From contig JAKSOL010000001.1 in assembly GCA_024405635.1 (NCBI GenBank), positions 96,001 to 160,000 on the forward strand: 64,000 nt of DNA, written 5' to 3'. Shown piece by piece: positions 40,420 through 51,136 of this stretch (its first letter is position 1; each line of letters opens with the position of its first letter). The translations under genes and the position numbers were made by a program. This DNA comes from Salinivirgaceae bacterium (GTDB taxonomy: Bacteria > Bacteroidota > Bacteroidia > Bacteroidales > SZUA-534). Below the pieces are notes generated by a model. It was given only the letters and a program-made list of their open reading frames with translations. It ran no database searches and was not told the DNA's origin.

Positions 40420-40599
40420 GTAGAGACGCGGCATGCCACGTCTCATTGTATTTTTTTTGGGGGAGATGGCGTGTGCCATTTCTGTGTTTGGTGAAAATCC
40501 GTTGGTATTTGGAGACGCCGCGTGCGACGTCTCTACAAACGCAACATGCCACATCTCATTGTATTGGTTTTTGGGAGATGGCGTGTGTAACGTTTTTAC
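40420..40599. repeat. Cluster of GTAG-type REP-like palindromes
   Basis: GTAGAGACGCGGCATGCCACGTCTC (40420-40444), inverted copy GAGACGCCGCGTGCGACGTCTCTAC (40512-40536) and three degenerate copies. Confidence 0.8.
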
Positions 40600-40606
40600 A
40601 GGAAAC

Positions 40607-40641
40607 AAAAAAAGGCATTGCCGTGAGTTGACAATGCCTTT
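40607..40641 (-). terminator. Intrinsic terminator after 1266-aa gene
   Basis: aaaaaaaggcattg...caatgccttt. Confidence 0.8.
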
Positions 40642-40664
40642 GTATGGTTGCGGTTTACGTTATT

Positions 40665-43600
40665 CTATTGTTCGCAAACTGGGCGCACAGAGTAACCGTA
40701 GCATCGATATTCTCTGTTAATTTTTAAATCATTCATCTCTATAACCAAGTACGTCGCTTCAAATGCGCTGTAGCCTATTGAACGTGACCCATAGATGCCG
40801 CAAGTGGTGTATTTGGCTGTTTTTCTTATGCAGCCTGCTATAGGAAGAAAAATATGCTTATCATCAATAGTGTATTCGGTCGTTGATTTTTCGCTGCTTT
40901 TTAAAACCCTTTTGCCCATGTCGGCAGAGTCCTTCGCCTTATAGACAATATATCCATTAACTTTTTTGCCGTTGTATGATTCGGTAAATTCCCAATAGCA
41001 GGTGTTGTAGAGTTCCTCCAGTTGATCGTATGTCGGCATTTTCCAATTGCCGCCCCATGTCTGCACGGCTACATCATCGTCATCGTCAAGTTCTTTCTTA
41101 TCGTCAATAATTGAGCCATAACGGTCGTTATACTTGGTTAGAGTGTTATAGGTACCTTCACTCCATTTGTATGTGCTCCAGTCGTATCCAACCGAATAGC
41201 CATCTTTCCATGTCGGTTCGTCTGTGTTGCCGCCTGCTGAATAGTGAGTCTCAGTCTCACCCCATGCGTAGTAGTCGCCAAATTCTTCGGGGGTGTTAGC
41301 TCCTATGTTAGTGGTTGCCCAAAGGGTGCCGCTTGGCAGTTCAAGGTCAACATATTCAGGCTCTTTTATGGTTGTAAACTCAAAAGTTTTGCTTTTTAAT
41401 GTGATGTTGTTGTAATCAATTTGGGTGTAGTATTGGTATTTAGTCTCTGGGGTTAAGTCAGTTAAAACAAATACAAAGTTTGAGTCGTTAAGCTCTTGTG
41501 TTTGCCAATCTTCTGACGATGTTTTGTAGTATATTGAATATTTGGCACCATCGAGACTTGTAGTTTCAAGTTTTATGCGTGCTTGGTTGAAACCAACAGA
41601 TGCTGAACTTGTTTGCGGGATATTAATAACTGGGCGCACAGAGAACCCAGCGCTGCGATCGTAGTCGGATAAACTCACGTTGCTCGCGCTGAAGTCCAAG
41701 TAGTACGCGGCGTCGGATTCGTCCGCGCTGAGCGAACGCGACCAGTAGCAGCCGTTGTAGGCATGGAGATTCATATCCCAATAGCCAGCGACAGGAAGGA
41801 AAATAAAGTTGTCGTTCACGCGGCTCTTTACCTTATAGCCATAGACATCGTTTATTGATGTCCATTCCCAGTCGCACTCATTACGGAGTTCGTCCTGCTG
41901 TGTCTTGGTAGGCATCTTCCACGCTCCGCCCCATGCCTGTGCAGCTGCGTCGTCAGCATCTTCGAACTCGGTTTTGTTGTCAACAGTACCGTATGAACTG
42001 CTTGTGCAATATTTGGTCATTGTTGATGACGAATCATAGTACCACTTGTATGTGCTCCAGTTGTACTCACTTTTTGCTTCAGTTTCGCCCCAAGCAAAAA
42101 AGTTGCCTGCATCTTCGGGATTAAATGCTCCAACGTTGGTTGTTGCCCAAAGAGTGCCGCTTGGTAGTCCAAGGTCAATATACTCAGGTTCATTTGTGGT
42201 TGTGAATTTTAATGTGTCGCTGGTGTATGTGCGGTTGCGGTAATTAACTTGGGTGTAGTATTGGTACTCAGTGTTGCTGGTTAAGTCAGTCAAAACAAAT
42301 ACAAAGTTTGTGTCGTTAAGCTCTTGTGTTTGCCAATTTTCTAACGATTCTGTTTTGTAGTATATTGAATATTTGGCACCGTTGAGACTTGTAGTTTCAA
42401 GTTTAACGCGGGCTTGGTTGTAACCAATGGTTACAGTGCTTGTTTGCGGAATACTAATTTCTTTGTACTGAACTGGGCGAACAAACATGGGCACTGTATC
42501 AACTTCGCTAATTAAAATTTTGTACTGCCAATTTTCTTCTTTGGCAGTTTTCCTGAAGGTTAGATATTTGCGAGAATTGGTTTTTTCGTCAATTGTCGAT
42601 GTCCAATAGTTGCCGTAATAGAAATTGTTTTCGTAAGTGAATTTATCTGCGCGGAAGTAAATAGAATTGCCTTCGTATCCCTCAATTTTGCTAGTTACTT
42701 TATATCCTAACGTGGTGTGATAATCTGGGGTGTAGCTAATTAATTCCCATTCACAATATTTTTCGTTAAATAAATCTGCAAAATCTTCTGCGCTAGGCAA
42801 ACTCCAGTTTTCGTTCAATTCTTTTGATAGATATTCATTTCCTTCTTCGTAATTGTTGTCGGCGCCAATGTTGGTGGTTGCCCAAAGTGTGCCGCTTGGT
42901 AGTCCAAGGTCAACATATTCAATTTTAGGATTACGATTAACCTTCACTTTATACTCAACAACATCGCAAGTGTCGTATCGTTGAGTGTCTCCAGTGCCGC
43001 TGTATATAACTGGCTGAATTACAATAGTTACCGAGTCGTCTTTGTCGGCATATTGTTTTATGCTCGATTGATAGTCAATTGACAATGTGGCATTTTTTTC
43101 GCTTTGTTCAGTACCATAAATTGATAATGCACTGTCGTCTTCAATAAGAGTAATTTCAGAAATGGCATCTTCGTATAGTCGTGTTTGTTTAATTTTTACT
43201 GATGCTGAAACTAATGCCAATGCCTCATCTCCATCGTTAAGTGCGGTTATTTTTTGCGAAGGAACAAGTTCAAAACGCAGACCAATTATACCAGTGTTAA
43301 CTCCTTCTTCATTGTTCCAACTTTCCAATAGCTTTAAGTTTGGATTTTCGGGAATACCTAAAACTCCAACCTCTCCGGTTTCGGTTACAACCTTTTCGGT
43401 AGCAACCACTTCTTCAACAGTAAAAGTAACGCTGTCGGTGCTAACAACCATAAGTTGCACTTGAGGTTCGTCAACCTTGGCAATTGCAAAAGTAGCATTG
43501 TCGTTTAGGTAAATGCGGGTGCTGTCGGCCGAAAGGGTAAAGTAGTCGCGTTCGCTGGTTGTGTTTTTAGCGCCGCTGCGTCCACGTACAGCAAAAGCCG

Positions 43601-44465
43601 ATTTTGCAGCTTTTGACTCGTCGGTGTTAACGTAAATAACTGTGCCGGTAGCATCAATTTTAAAAGTTACGTTTGATTTAGCGCCGCTGCGTCCGCGCAC
43701 TGCAAAGGCCGATTTTGCAGCTTTTGAGTCTTCGTCGTCAATGTAAACAACGGTGCCGTTGGCATCAACCACAAAACTATCGTCGCCACCTTTAGCGCCG
43801 CTGCGTCCACGCACTGCAAAGGCCGATTTTGCGGCTTTCGATTCGTCGTCGTTAACATAAACGGTTGTACCATCGCTGTTTACAACCAAAATATCTTCGG
43901 TGCTTTTAGCTCCGCTACGTCCGCGAACAGCAAAAGCCGATTTTGCAGCTTTTGAGTCGTTGGCGTCAATGTAAACAGTTGCGCCGTTTTCGGTAATTTC
44001 AAACACAACATCGCCGTTTGCGTTAACCACGCTGAATATTGAACCGGTTGTGTTGCCGTCGGCTTGTATGGCTTTTGGGTATTGTGCAGCGTACAAAGCG
44101 TAAGGAACGGCATTTAGTTTGTTGGTTATCATTGCGCCAAAGTTTGACCCGTTTTTCAAATCGAACTCAAGGCCAATGTTTAAGTTCATTTTGCTCCAAG
44201 GTATAGCGTCAAAACTGCCTGCAAGAGCATTGCCCATGCCAACATTTAGCGAAACGTGACCAAAGGAGTTGGTTTTAACCGATTGCAGTTCTTTGTAGCA
44301 AACCGAATCGTTTGCCAAAATGCTGATGCGCACTGCAACTTGTTGGTTGCTTACAACAGCTTGGTTAGCATCGCGCACAACTGCTTGATATACAAAACTT
44401 TTTTGAGCAAAAGAGTGGCTTAAAACACCGCAAAGCATTAGAGCCAGCAAAAGGATTTTTTTCAT
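40665..44465 (-). CDS. Exported modular protein A: conserved N-terminus, 4 SKAAKSAFAVRGRSGAK repeats, 3 CLec-like (Fib_succ_major/DUF1566-like) cassettes separated by FN3-like domains
   Basis: Signal peptide; YQAVVRD..NAVPYALYA; three YxDLxLPSGTLWATTN...RPV modules; LTDLTxxTxYQY FN3-like spacers. Confidence 0.75.
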   Translation of the reverse strand: MKKILLLALMLCGVLSHSFAQKSFVYQAVVRDANQAVVSNQQVAVRISILANDSVCYKELQSVKTNSFGHVSLNVGMGNALAGSFDAIPWSKMNLNIGLEFDLKNGSNFGAMITNKLNAVPYALYAAQYPKAIQADGNTTGSIFSVVNANGDVVFEITENGATVYIDANDSKAAKSAFAVRGRSGAKSTEDILVVNSDGTTVYVNDDESKAAKSAFAVRGRSGAKGGDDSFVVDANGTVVYIDDEDSKAAKSAFAVRGRSGAKSNVTFKIDATGTVIYVNTDESKAAKSAFAVRGRSGAKNTTSERDYFTLSADSTRIYLNDNATFAIAKVDEPQVQLMVVSTDSVTFTVEEVVATEKVVTETGEVGVLGIPENPNLKLLESWNNEEGVNTGIIGLRFELVPSQKITALNDGDEALALVSASVKIKQTRLYEDAISEITLIEDDSALSIYGTEQSEKNATLSIDYQSSIKQYADKDDSVTIVIQPVIYSGTGDTQRYDTCDVVEYKVKVNRNPKIEYVDLGLPSGTLWATTNIGADNNYEEGNEYLSKELNENWSLPSAEDFADLFNEKYCEWELISYTPDYHTTLGYKVTSKIEGYEGNSIYFRADKFTYENNFYYGNYWTSTIDEKTNSRKYLTFRKTAKEENWQYKILISEVDTVPMFVRPVQYKEISIPQTSTVTIGYNQARVKLETTSLNGAKYSIYYKTESLENWQTQELNDTNFVFVLTDLTSNTEYQYYTQVNYRNRTYTSDTLKFTTTNEPEYIDLGLPSGTLWATTNVGAFNPEDAGNFFAWGETEAKSEYNWSTYKWYYDSSSTMTKYCTSSSYGTVDNKTEFEDADDAAAQAWGGAWKMPTKTQQDELRNECDWEWTSINDVYGYKVKSRVNDNFIFLPVAGYWDMNLHAYNGCYWSRSLSADESDAAYYLDFSASNVSLSDYDRSAGFSVRPVINIPQTSSASVGFNQARIKLETTSLDGAKYSIYYKTSSEDWQTQELNDSNFVFVLTDLTPETKYQYYTQIDYNNITLKSKTFEFTTIKEPEYVDLELPSGTLWATTNIGANTPEEFGDYYAWGETETHYSAGGNTDEPTWKDGYSVGYDWSTYKWSEGTYNTLTKYNDRYGSIIDDKKELDDDDDVAVQTWGGNWKMPTYDQLEELYNTCYWEFTESYNGKKVNGYIVYKAKDSADMGKRVLKSSEKSTTEYTIDDKHIFLPIAGCIRKTAKYTTCGIYGSRSIGYSAFEATYLVIEMNDLKINREYRCYGYSVRPVCEQ

Positions 44466-44556
44466 TTTATATAGTACTTATAAATGCGGCCCAAAGTTAA
44501 TTCAATTATTAGAATTGAGGATTGAAAATATGACTTATGTCAATGAAATTTTTTGT
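43366..44556. repeat. Long direct repeat, copy 1 (offset 4722 bp to copy 2)
   Basis: Appears identical to copy 2 over ~43615-44547; scattered, mostly synonymous differences over 43366-43614. Confidence 0.92.
44492..44499 (-). promoter_or_regulatory. sigmaA -7 box of gene A (duplicated at 49214-49221 for gene B)
   Basis: TAACTTTG on minus strand, ~27 bp before ATG. Confidence 0.6.
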
Positions 44557-44680
44557 GTTTTACACACAATGAAGTGGAGCCTTAGGCACCAAGTGAGGTT
44601 TAGACATAAAAAATCCCAATTCCTAAAAAGCCGAGAGGCAATAAGGTAATTGGGATTTGTGGGAAAAATGTAACAAGCCG

Positions 44681-46408
<1,728 letters not shown>

Positions 46409-46454
46409 TTATTTCAAAATGTCGTTTGTAGCATGCACTTTTATTTGTGCGGTT

Positions 46455-46462
46455 CAAAGGTA
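46455..46462 (-). promoter_or_regulatory. sigmaA -7 box for thiC
   Basis: TACCTTTG on minus strand, ~70 bp before ATG. Confidence 0.5.
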
Positions 46463-46614
46463 ATTCGTTCGGTTGATTTATAGTTGCATTTTATTCACGT
46501 TTAGCAAACATGCGGTGTTAAATTATGGTTTGAGACGTGTTTTATGTTGTGTAATAGCTTGTTTGTGTCGATAACAAATGCCTTTGATATTTGTTTTTAA
46601 TTGTTAGCAAAACT

Positions 46615-46644
46615 AAAAAGCGAGACTTGTTGGCCTCGCTTTTT
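46615..46644 (-). terminator. Intrinsic terminator after gene B
   Basis: aaaaagcgag...ctcgcttttt. Confidence 0.8.
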
Positions 46645-46673
46645 GTATTATTAACTGACTTGGTTATTATTTA

Positions 46674-49187
46674 CTAATGAACCCCTGCATTTAAATCCTC
46701 TGATGGAATTGGTGGGGTTAGAGAATGTATTTTAACTGGGCGAATTGGAATTCCGTATTTGCGATTAATGTGGTCGTTTTTAATTTCAGATTGCTCGAGG
46801 TATATTACTTTAGCATAATCTGAATAGCTTACAGATAGAGAATTTAACCAATAATAGTTGTTGTAACTTGCGATTTCTGTGTTAACGAAGTAATGTGCAG
46901 CGGGAAGGAAAATATGGGAATCACTTAAGCCGTATTCACCTGTTGGGTTAATCACCGAGTTACTATTTACTATTTTGCCTTTGTCGCTATCGTCTTTTGT
47001 TTGATAAACGATGAATCCTGATGTGTTTGTGTTGTTGTAATCGTTTGTCCACTCAAAATAGCAATTTCTAAGGAGCTCATTGAATTGTTCGTTTGTTGGC
47101 ATTTGCCAGCCGTCTCCCCATATTTGTGCGGCTGCGTCGTCTTCTTTTTCTAGTACAATTATGCTATCGCCAATAAAATTATTGTTTGAATCATACCATA
47201 TACCGTTATACTGGCCGTCTGCTGCCTGGTATTTATTCACGAAATTCCATTCAGATTTACCATCCTGCATGTGCTTATAGGTACTCCAAGAGTAGTTTTC
47301 TTTGGCTTCAGTTTCGCCCCAAGCAAAATAGTCGCCTGCATCTTCGGGATTTAATGCTCCAACGTTGGTTGTTGCCCAAAGAGTGCCGCTTGGTAGTCCA
47401 AAGTCAACATACTCAGGTTCATTAGTGGTTGTGAATTCTAATGTGTCGCTTTTAAATGTGCGGTTGCGGTATTCAATTTGGGTGTAGTATTTGTATTTAG
47501 TGTTGCTGGTTAAGTTAGTTAAAACAAATACAAAGTTTTCGTTTCCAAGTCCTTTTGATTGCCAATCTTCTGACGATGCAGCTTTGTAGTGTATTGAGTA
47601 TTCTGCGTCATTCAAACTTGAAGTTTCAAGTTTTATGCGAACTTGGTTGTATCCATTAGTTATTGTGCTTGTCTGCTTTATTCCTGCTTTACCATTAATC
47701 TTCAATTTGTATTCTATGCTTTGACAATCATAATTTTCGGCATCAGTAACACCAATACTTAATATTGGATGTATTAAAAGAGAAATATTTTCTTCTTCGT
47801 CAACATATTGCCCCGCGTATTCAATGTTATAACCAAAACTTAGCGTTGCTTGATTTCTGTTTGGGTCTAAATATGATGTTGTGTAATAAATAAAATTACT
47901 ATTTGTAGTGCTATCGGGCATTATTACAATGTTACAGTTGATATTTGCACTAATATTGTTTAGTGTAGGCACTTTTTGACAAGGAATGTAGTTGAATGTA
48001 ATGCAAACCTGTTTTTGGTTTACATCTAGACTATCAATTTCAATAGAGCTAATTGTAAAAGTAGGGTCTTTAGCAAGTCCAATAATTTCAACTTCTCCAG
48101 TTTCGGTTGCAATGTTTTCGGTAACAACCACTTCTTCAACAGTAAAGGTTACGCTATCGGTGCTTACGGCCATAAGTTGCACTTGAGGTTCGTCAACCTT
48201 GGCAATTGCAAAAGTGGCATCGTCGTTCAGGTAAATGCGGGTGCTATCGGCCGAAAGGGTAAAGTAGTCGCGTTCGTTGGTTGTGTTTTTAGCACCGCTG
48301 CGACCACGTACCGCAAAAGCCGATTTTGCAGCTTTCGACTCGTCGGTGTTAACGTAAATAACTGTGCCGGTAGCATCAATTTTAAAAGTTACGTTTGATT
48401 TAGCGCCGCTGCGTCCGCGCACTGCAAAGGCCGATTTTGCAGCTTTTGAGTCTTCGTCGTCAATGTAAACAACGGTGCCGTTGGCATCAACCACAAAACT
48501 ATCGTCGCCACCTTTAGCGCCGCTGCGTCCACGCACTGCAAAGGCCGATTTTGCGGCTTTCGATTCGTCGTCGTTAACATAAACGGTTGTACCATCGCTG
48601 TTTACAACCAAAATATCTTCGGTGCTTTTAGCTCCGCTACGTCCGCGAACAGCAAAAGCCGATTTTGCAGCTTTTGAGTCGTTGGCGTCAATGTAAACAG
48701 TTGCGCCGTTTTCGGTAATTTCAAACACAACATCGCCGTTTGCGTTAACCACGCTGAATATTGAACCGGTTGTGTTGCCGTCGGCTTGTATGGCTTTTGG
48801 GTATTGTGCAGCGTACAAAGCGTAAGGAACGGCATTTAGTTTGTTGGTTATCATTGCGCCAAAGTTTGACCCGTTTTTCAAATCGAACTCAAGGCCAATG
48901 TTTAAGTTCATTTTGCTCCAAGGTATAGCGTCAAAACTGCCTGCAAGAGCATTGCCCATGCCAACATTTAGCGAAACGTGACCAAAGGAGTTGGTTTTAA
49001 CCGATTGCAGTTCTTTGTAGCAAACCGAATCGTTTGCCAAAATGCTGATGCGCACTGCAACTTGTTGGTTGCTTACAACAGCTTGGTTAGCATCGCGCAC
49101 AACTGCTTGATATACAAAACTTTTTTGAGCAAAAGAGTGGCTTAAAACACCGCAAAGCATTAGAGCCAGCAAAAGGATTTTTTTCAT
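46674..49187 (-). CDS. Exported modular protein B: same N-terminus as gene A, different middle domain, one FN3-like + one CLec-like cassette
   Basis: First ~365 aa nearly identical to gene A; YVDFGLPSGTLWATTN...IRPV module. Confidence 0.75.
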   Translation of the reverse strand: MKKILLLALMLCGVLSHSFAQKSFVYQAVVRDANQAVVSNQQVAVRISILANDSVCYKELQSVKTNSFGHVSLNVGMGNALAGSFDAIPWSKMNLNIGLEFDLKNGSNFGAMITNKLNAVPYALYAAQYPKAIQADGNTTGSIFSVVNANGDVVFEITENGATVYIDANDSKAAKSAFAVRGRSGAKSTEDILVVNSDGTTVYVNDDESKAAKSAFAVRGRSGAKGGDDSFVVDANGTVVYIDDEDSKAAKSAFAVRGRSGAKSNVTFKIDATGTVIYVNTDESKAAKSAFAVRGRSGAKNTTNERDYFTLSADSTRIYLNDDATFAIAKVDEPQVQLMAVSTDSVTFTVEEVVVTENIATETGEVEIIGLAKDPTFTISSIEIDSLDVNQKQVCITFNYIPCQKVPTLNNISANINCNIVIMPDSTTNSNFIYYTTSYLDPNRNQATLSFGYNIEYAGQYVDEEENISLLIHPILSIGVTDAENYDCQSIEYKLKINGKAGIKQTSTITNGYNQVRIKLETSSLNDAEYSIHYKAASSEDWQSKGLGNENFVFVLTNLTSNTKYKYYTQIEYRNRTFKSDTLEFTTTNEPEYVDFGLPSGTLWATTNVGALNPEDAGDYFAWGETEAKENYSWSTYKHMQDGKSEWNFVNKYQAADGQYNGIWYDSNNNFIGDSIIVLEKEDDAAAQIWGDGWQMPTNEQFNELLRNCYFEWTNDYNNTNTSGFIVYQTKDDSDKGKIVNSNSVINPTGEYGLSDSHIFLPAAHYFVNTEIASYNNYYWLNSLSVSYSDYAKVIYLEQSEIKNDHINRKYGIPIRPVKIHSLTPPIPSEDLNAGVH

Positions 49188-49278
49188 TTTATATAGTACT
49201 TATAAATGCGGCCCAAAGTTAATTCAATTATTAGAATTGAGGATTGAAAATATGACTTATGTCAATGAATTTTTTTGT
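48088..49278. repeat. Long direct repeat, copy 2
   Basis: Matches 43366-44556, including ~80 bp upstream of the start codon. Confidence 0.92.
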
Positions 49279-49534
49279 TATTAGATGCTTGCTTTTTTTT
49301 TAGTGGAGAATTTTGGGGTTTCTTTTGGGATAAACTAAAACTGTTATCGGCAATGTGCAGATATTCATGTTGTTAGGATAAACTGAAAGAGATAGTGTTT
49401 GAGGCGAGACAGACTTTTTTTTGAACATCTAAAAATGAGCAAGCATTGTCTGTTTAGTAAAGTAGCTAGGGTAGGGCCCATAAATAGCAAAACCCCCACT
49501 TAAACAATGATAAGTGGAGGTTTAGAAAGTTTAG

Positions 49535-49608
49535 TGACCCCGGCGGGATTCAAACCCACAACCTTTTGATCCGTAGTCAAATGCTCTATTCAGTTGAGCT
49601 ACGGGGCC
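49535..49608 (-). tRNA. tRNA-Arg(ACG)
   Basis: GGCCCCGTAGCTCAACTGAATAGAGCATTTGACTACGGATCAAAAGGTTGTGGGTTTGAATCCCGCCGGGGTCA; cloverleaf; CCA not encoded; -7 box at 49620-49627; hairpin at 49489-49523. Confidence 0.95.
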
Positions 49609-49705
49609 GAAACCGTTTGCAAAAGTAGTGTTTTTTCTTTACCACAATCACTTTACGGCAATTTTTTTTAAAATAATTTAAGTTATATATATAACTGCTT
49701 TATAA

Positions 49706-50593
49706 TCAGCAATTTATTTTCGCTCTCAAGCTATTGATTTTTTCAAATAAAGAGTCGCTTACAGGGGCTAAAGGCAAACGAACTTCGTTTTTTATCATTC
49801 CCATTTGAGTTAAATAGGCTTTTGCACCCGATGGACTGCCCTCGGCAAACAAGGTGTCTATAATGTCAAGGTATTGGTAGTGTATTGCTTTTGACTCTTC
49901 AAATTTTCCGTCAAGAGCTAAATGTACGACCTTGCTAAAGGCTGCTGGATATACGTTTTGTAAAACAGAAATTACACCATCAAATCCACAAGCTATAAGA
50001 GGAAGAGTAAGTGCATCGTCGCCCGATATGATTAGAAAGTCTTTTGGACGGCGAGCAGCAATTGCCATGCCTTGAGCTACATTGCCCGAAGCTTCTTTTA
50101 TGCCAATAATGTTTTTGCATTCGTTAGCAAGGCGAATAACTACGTCAACTGAAATGTTTATGCCTGTTCGCCCAGGTACATTATATAGAAGAATTGGTTT
50201 GCTTGTGCCGTTTGCTAGTGTTTTAAAGTGTTGATATACACCATTTTGGTTTGGCTTGTTATAGAAAGGTGCAACTGATAAAAATGCATCTATTCCATCA
50301 ACCTTTTCAAATTCTTGCATCATTTTTAGCACGTCGGCGGTGTTGTTTCCTCCGCAACCTACAACCAAAGGCACTCGTTTGTTGATTTTCTTGATAATGA
50401 AATCCAACAATTCATTTTTTTCTTGTGCCGACATTGTGGCAGGTTCGCCTGTGGTTCCAAGAGCTACAATGTAGTCGGTGCCGTTGTCAATTTGAAAATC
50501 AATTAGGTTGCTCAACGCATTGTAATCAATGCTGCCATCGGTATTGAAAGGGGTGATGAGCGCCACACCGACGCCCTTTAATCTATTTGTCAT
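49706..50593 (-). CDS. dapA: 4-hydroxy-tetrahydrodipicolinate synthase
   Basis: ALITPF, GTTGE, LYNVPGRTG, GIKEASG, SGDD. Confidence 0.96.
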   Translation of the reverse strand: MTNRLKGVGVALITPFNTDGSIDYNALSNLIDFQIDNGTDYIVALGTTGEPATMSAQEKNELLDFIIKKINKRVPLVVGCGGNNTADVLKMMQEFEKVDGIDAFLSVAPFYNKPNQNGVYQHFKTLANGTSKPILLYNVPGRTGINISVDVVIRLANECKNIIGIKEASGNVAQGMAIAARRPKDFLIISGDDALTLPLIACGFDGVISVLQNVYPAAFSKVVHLALDGKFEESKAIHYQYLDIIDTLFAEGSPSGAKAYLTQMGMIKNEVRLPLAPVSDSLFEKINSLRAKINC

Positions 50594-50599
50594 AGTTTG

Positions 50600-51136
50600 T
50601 TAGTTAAGTTGCTGTAAGTAAAGTGTTATTTGTTCAATATAGTACTCGGCCGGTTGTTCGCTTGGTATGCTAAGCATAATGTCGAAAGGCGAAACATCGG
50701 CATATCGGCCTATTTTGAGTTTTGCTTGTGATGCTTGAATTAACTTTTGCATAGGGTAGTACTCTGATGCGTTTATGTCAATAAGCAAGTCGAATGTTGA
50801 GTTTTCAAATTGTTTGGCTTCTGTGGTGTTTGGGTGCAACAAAAAGTCTAATTCCTTATCTGATATCAATTTTATTGACGAATCAGCAAACTCATCAGGT
50901 AGTTTTTTTGCAGGAACATATCCAAGTATGTTCACATTTGCACCATACGCTTTCAGTTTTGTTATTGCCGAATCAAACGAGTGCAGTTCTTGTCGCGAAT
51001 TGGCAGCTAGAGTGATGCCTATAGTTTTAGCGTTTTGCAACGAGCAAATGGTGATAGCACGATTGCTATTGTTGCTTTTTGCAAACAATTTGCTCAATGT
51101 GAGCCGTATAAAACTATATTTTCTCTGCATCTTCAA
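50600..51136 (-). CDS. Conserved hypothetical protein between secA and dapA
   Basis: Tightly packed operon context; FDLLID..S.AKLKIG motif; start uncertain. Confidence 0.6.
   Translation of the reverse strand: MKMQRKYSFIRLTLSKLFAKSNNSNRAITICSLQNAKTIGITLAANSRQELHSFDSAITKLKAYGANVNILGYVPAKKLPDEFADSSIKLISDKELDFLLHPNTTEAKQFENSTFDLLIDINASEYYPMQKLIQASQAKLKIGRYADVSPFDIMLSIPSEQPAEYYIEQITLYLQQLN

Noticed and set aside
40420-40599. Possible CRISPR array
   Set aside because: Repeats are degenerate, mixed in orientation and irregularly spaced; spacer-like parts are duplicated; no cas genes.
40289-40720. Several short overlapping ORFs
   Set aside because: They are translations of the REP-like palindromes, with no credible protein features.
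49535-49608. tRNA-Arg as attachment site of an island; TTTGAAT T-loop as a sign of pseudogene
   Set aside because: No duplicated tRNA 3' end or integrase found by eye; the stems, promoter and terminator are intact.
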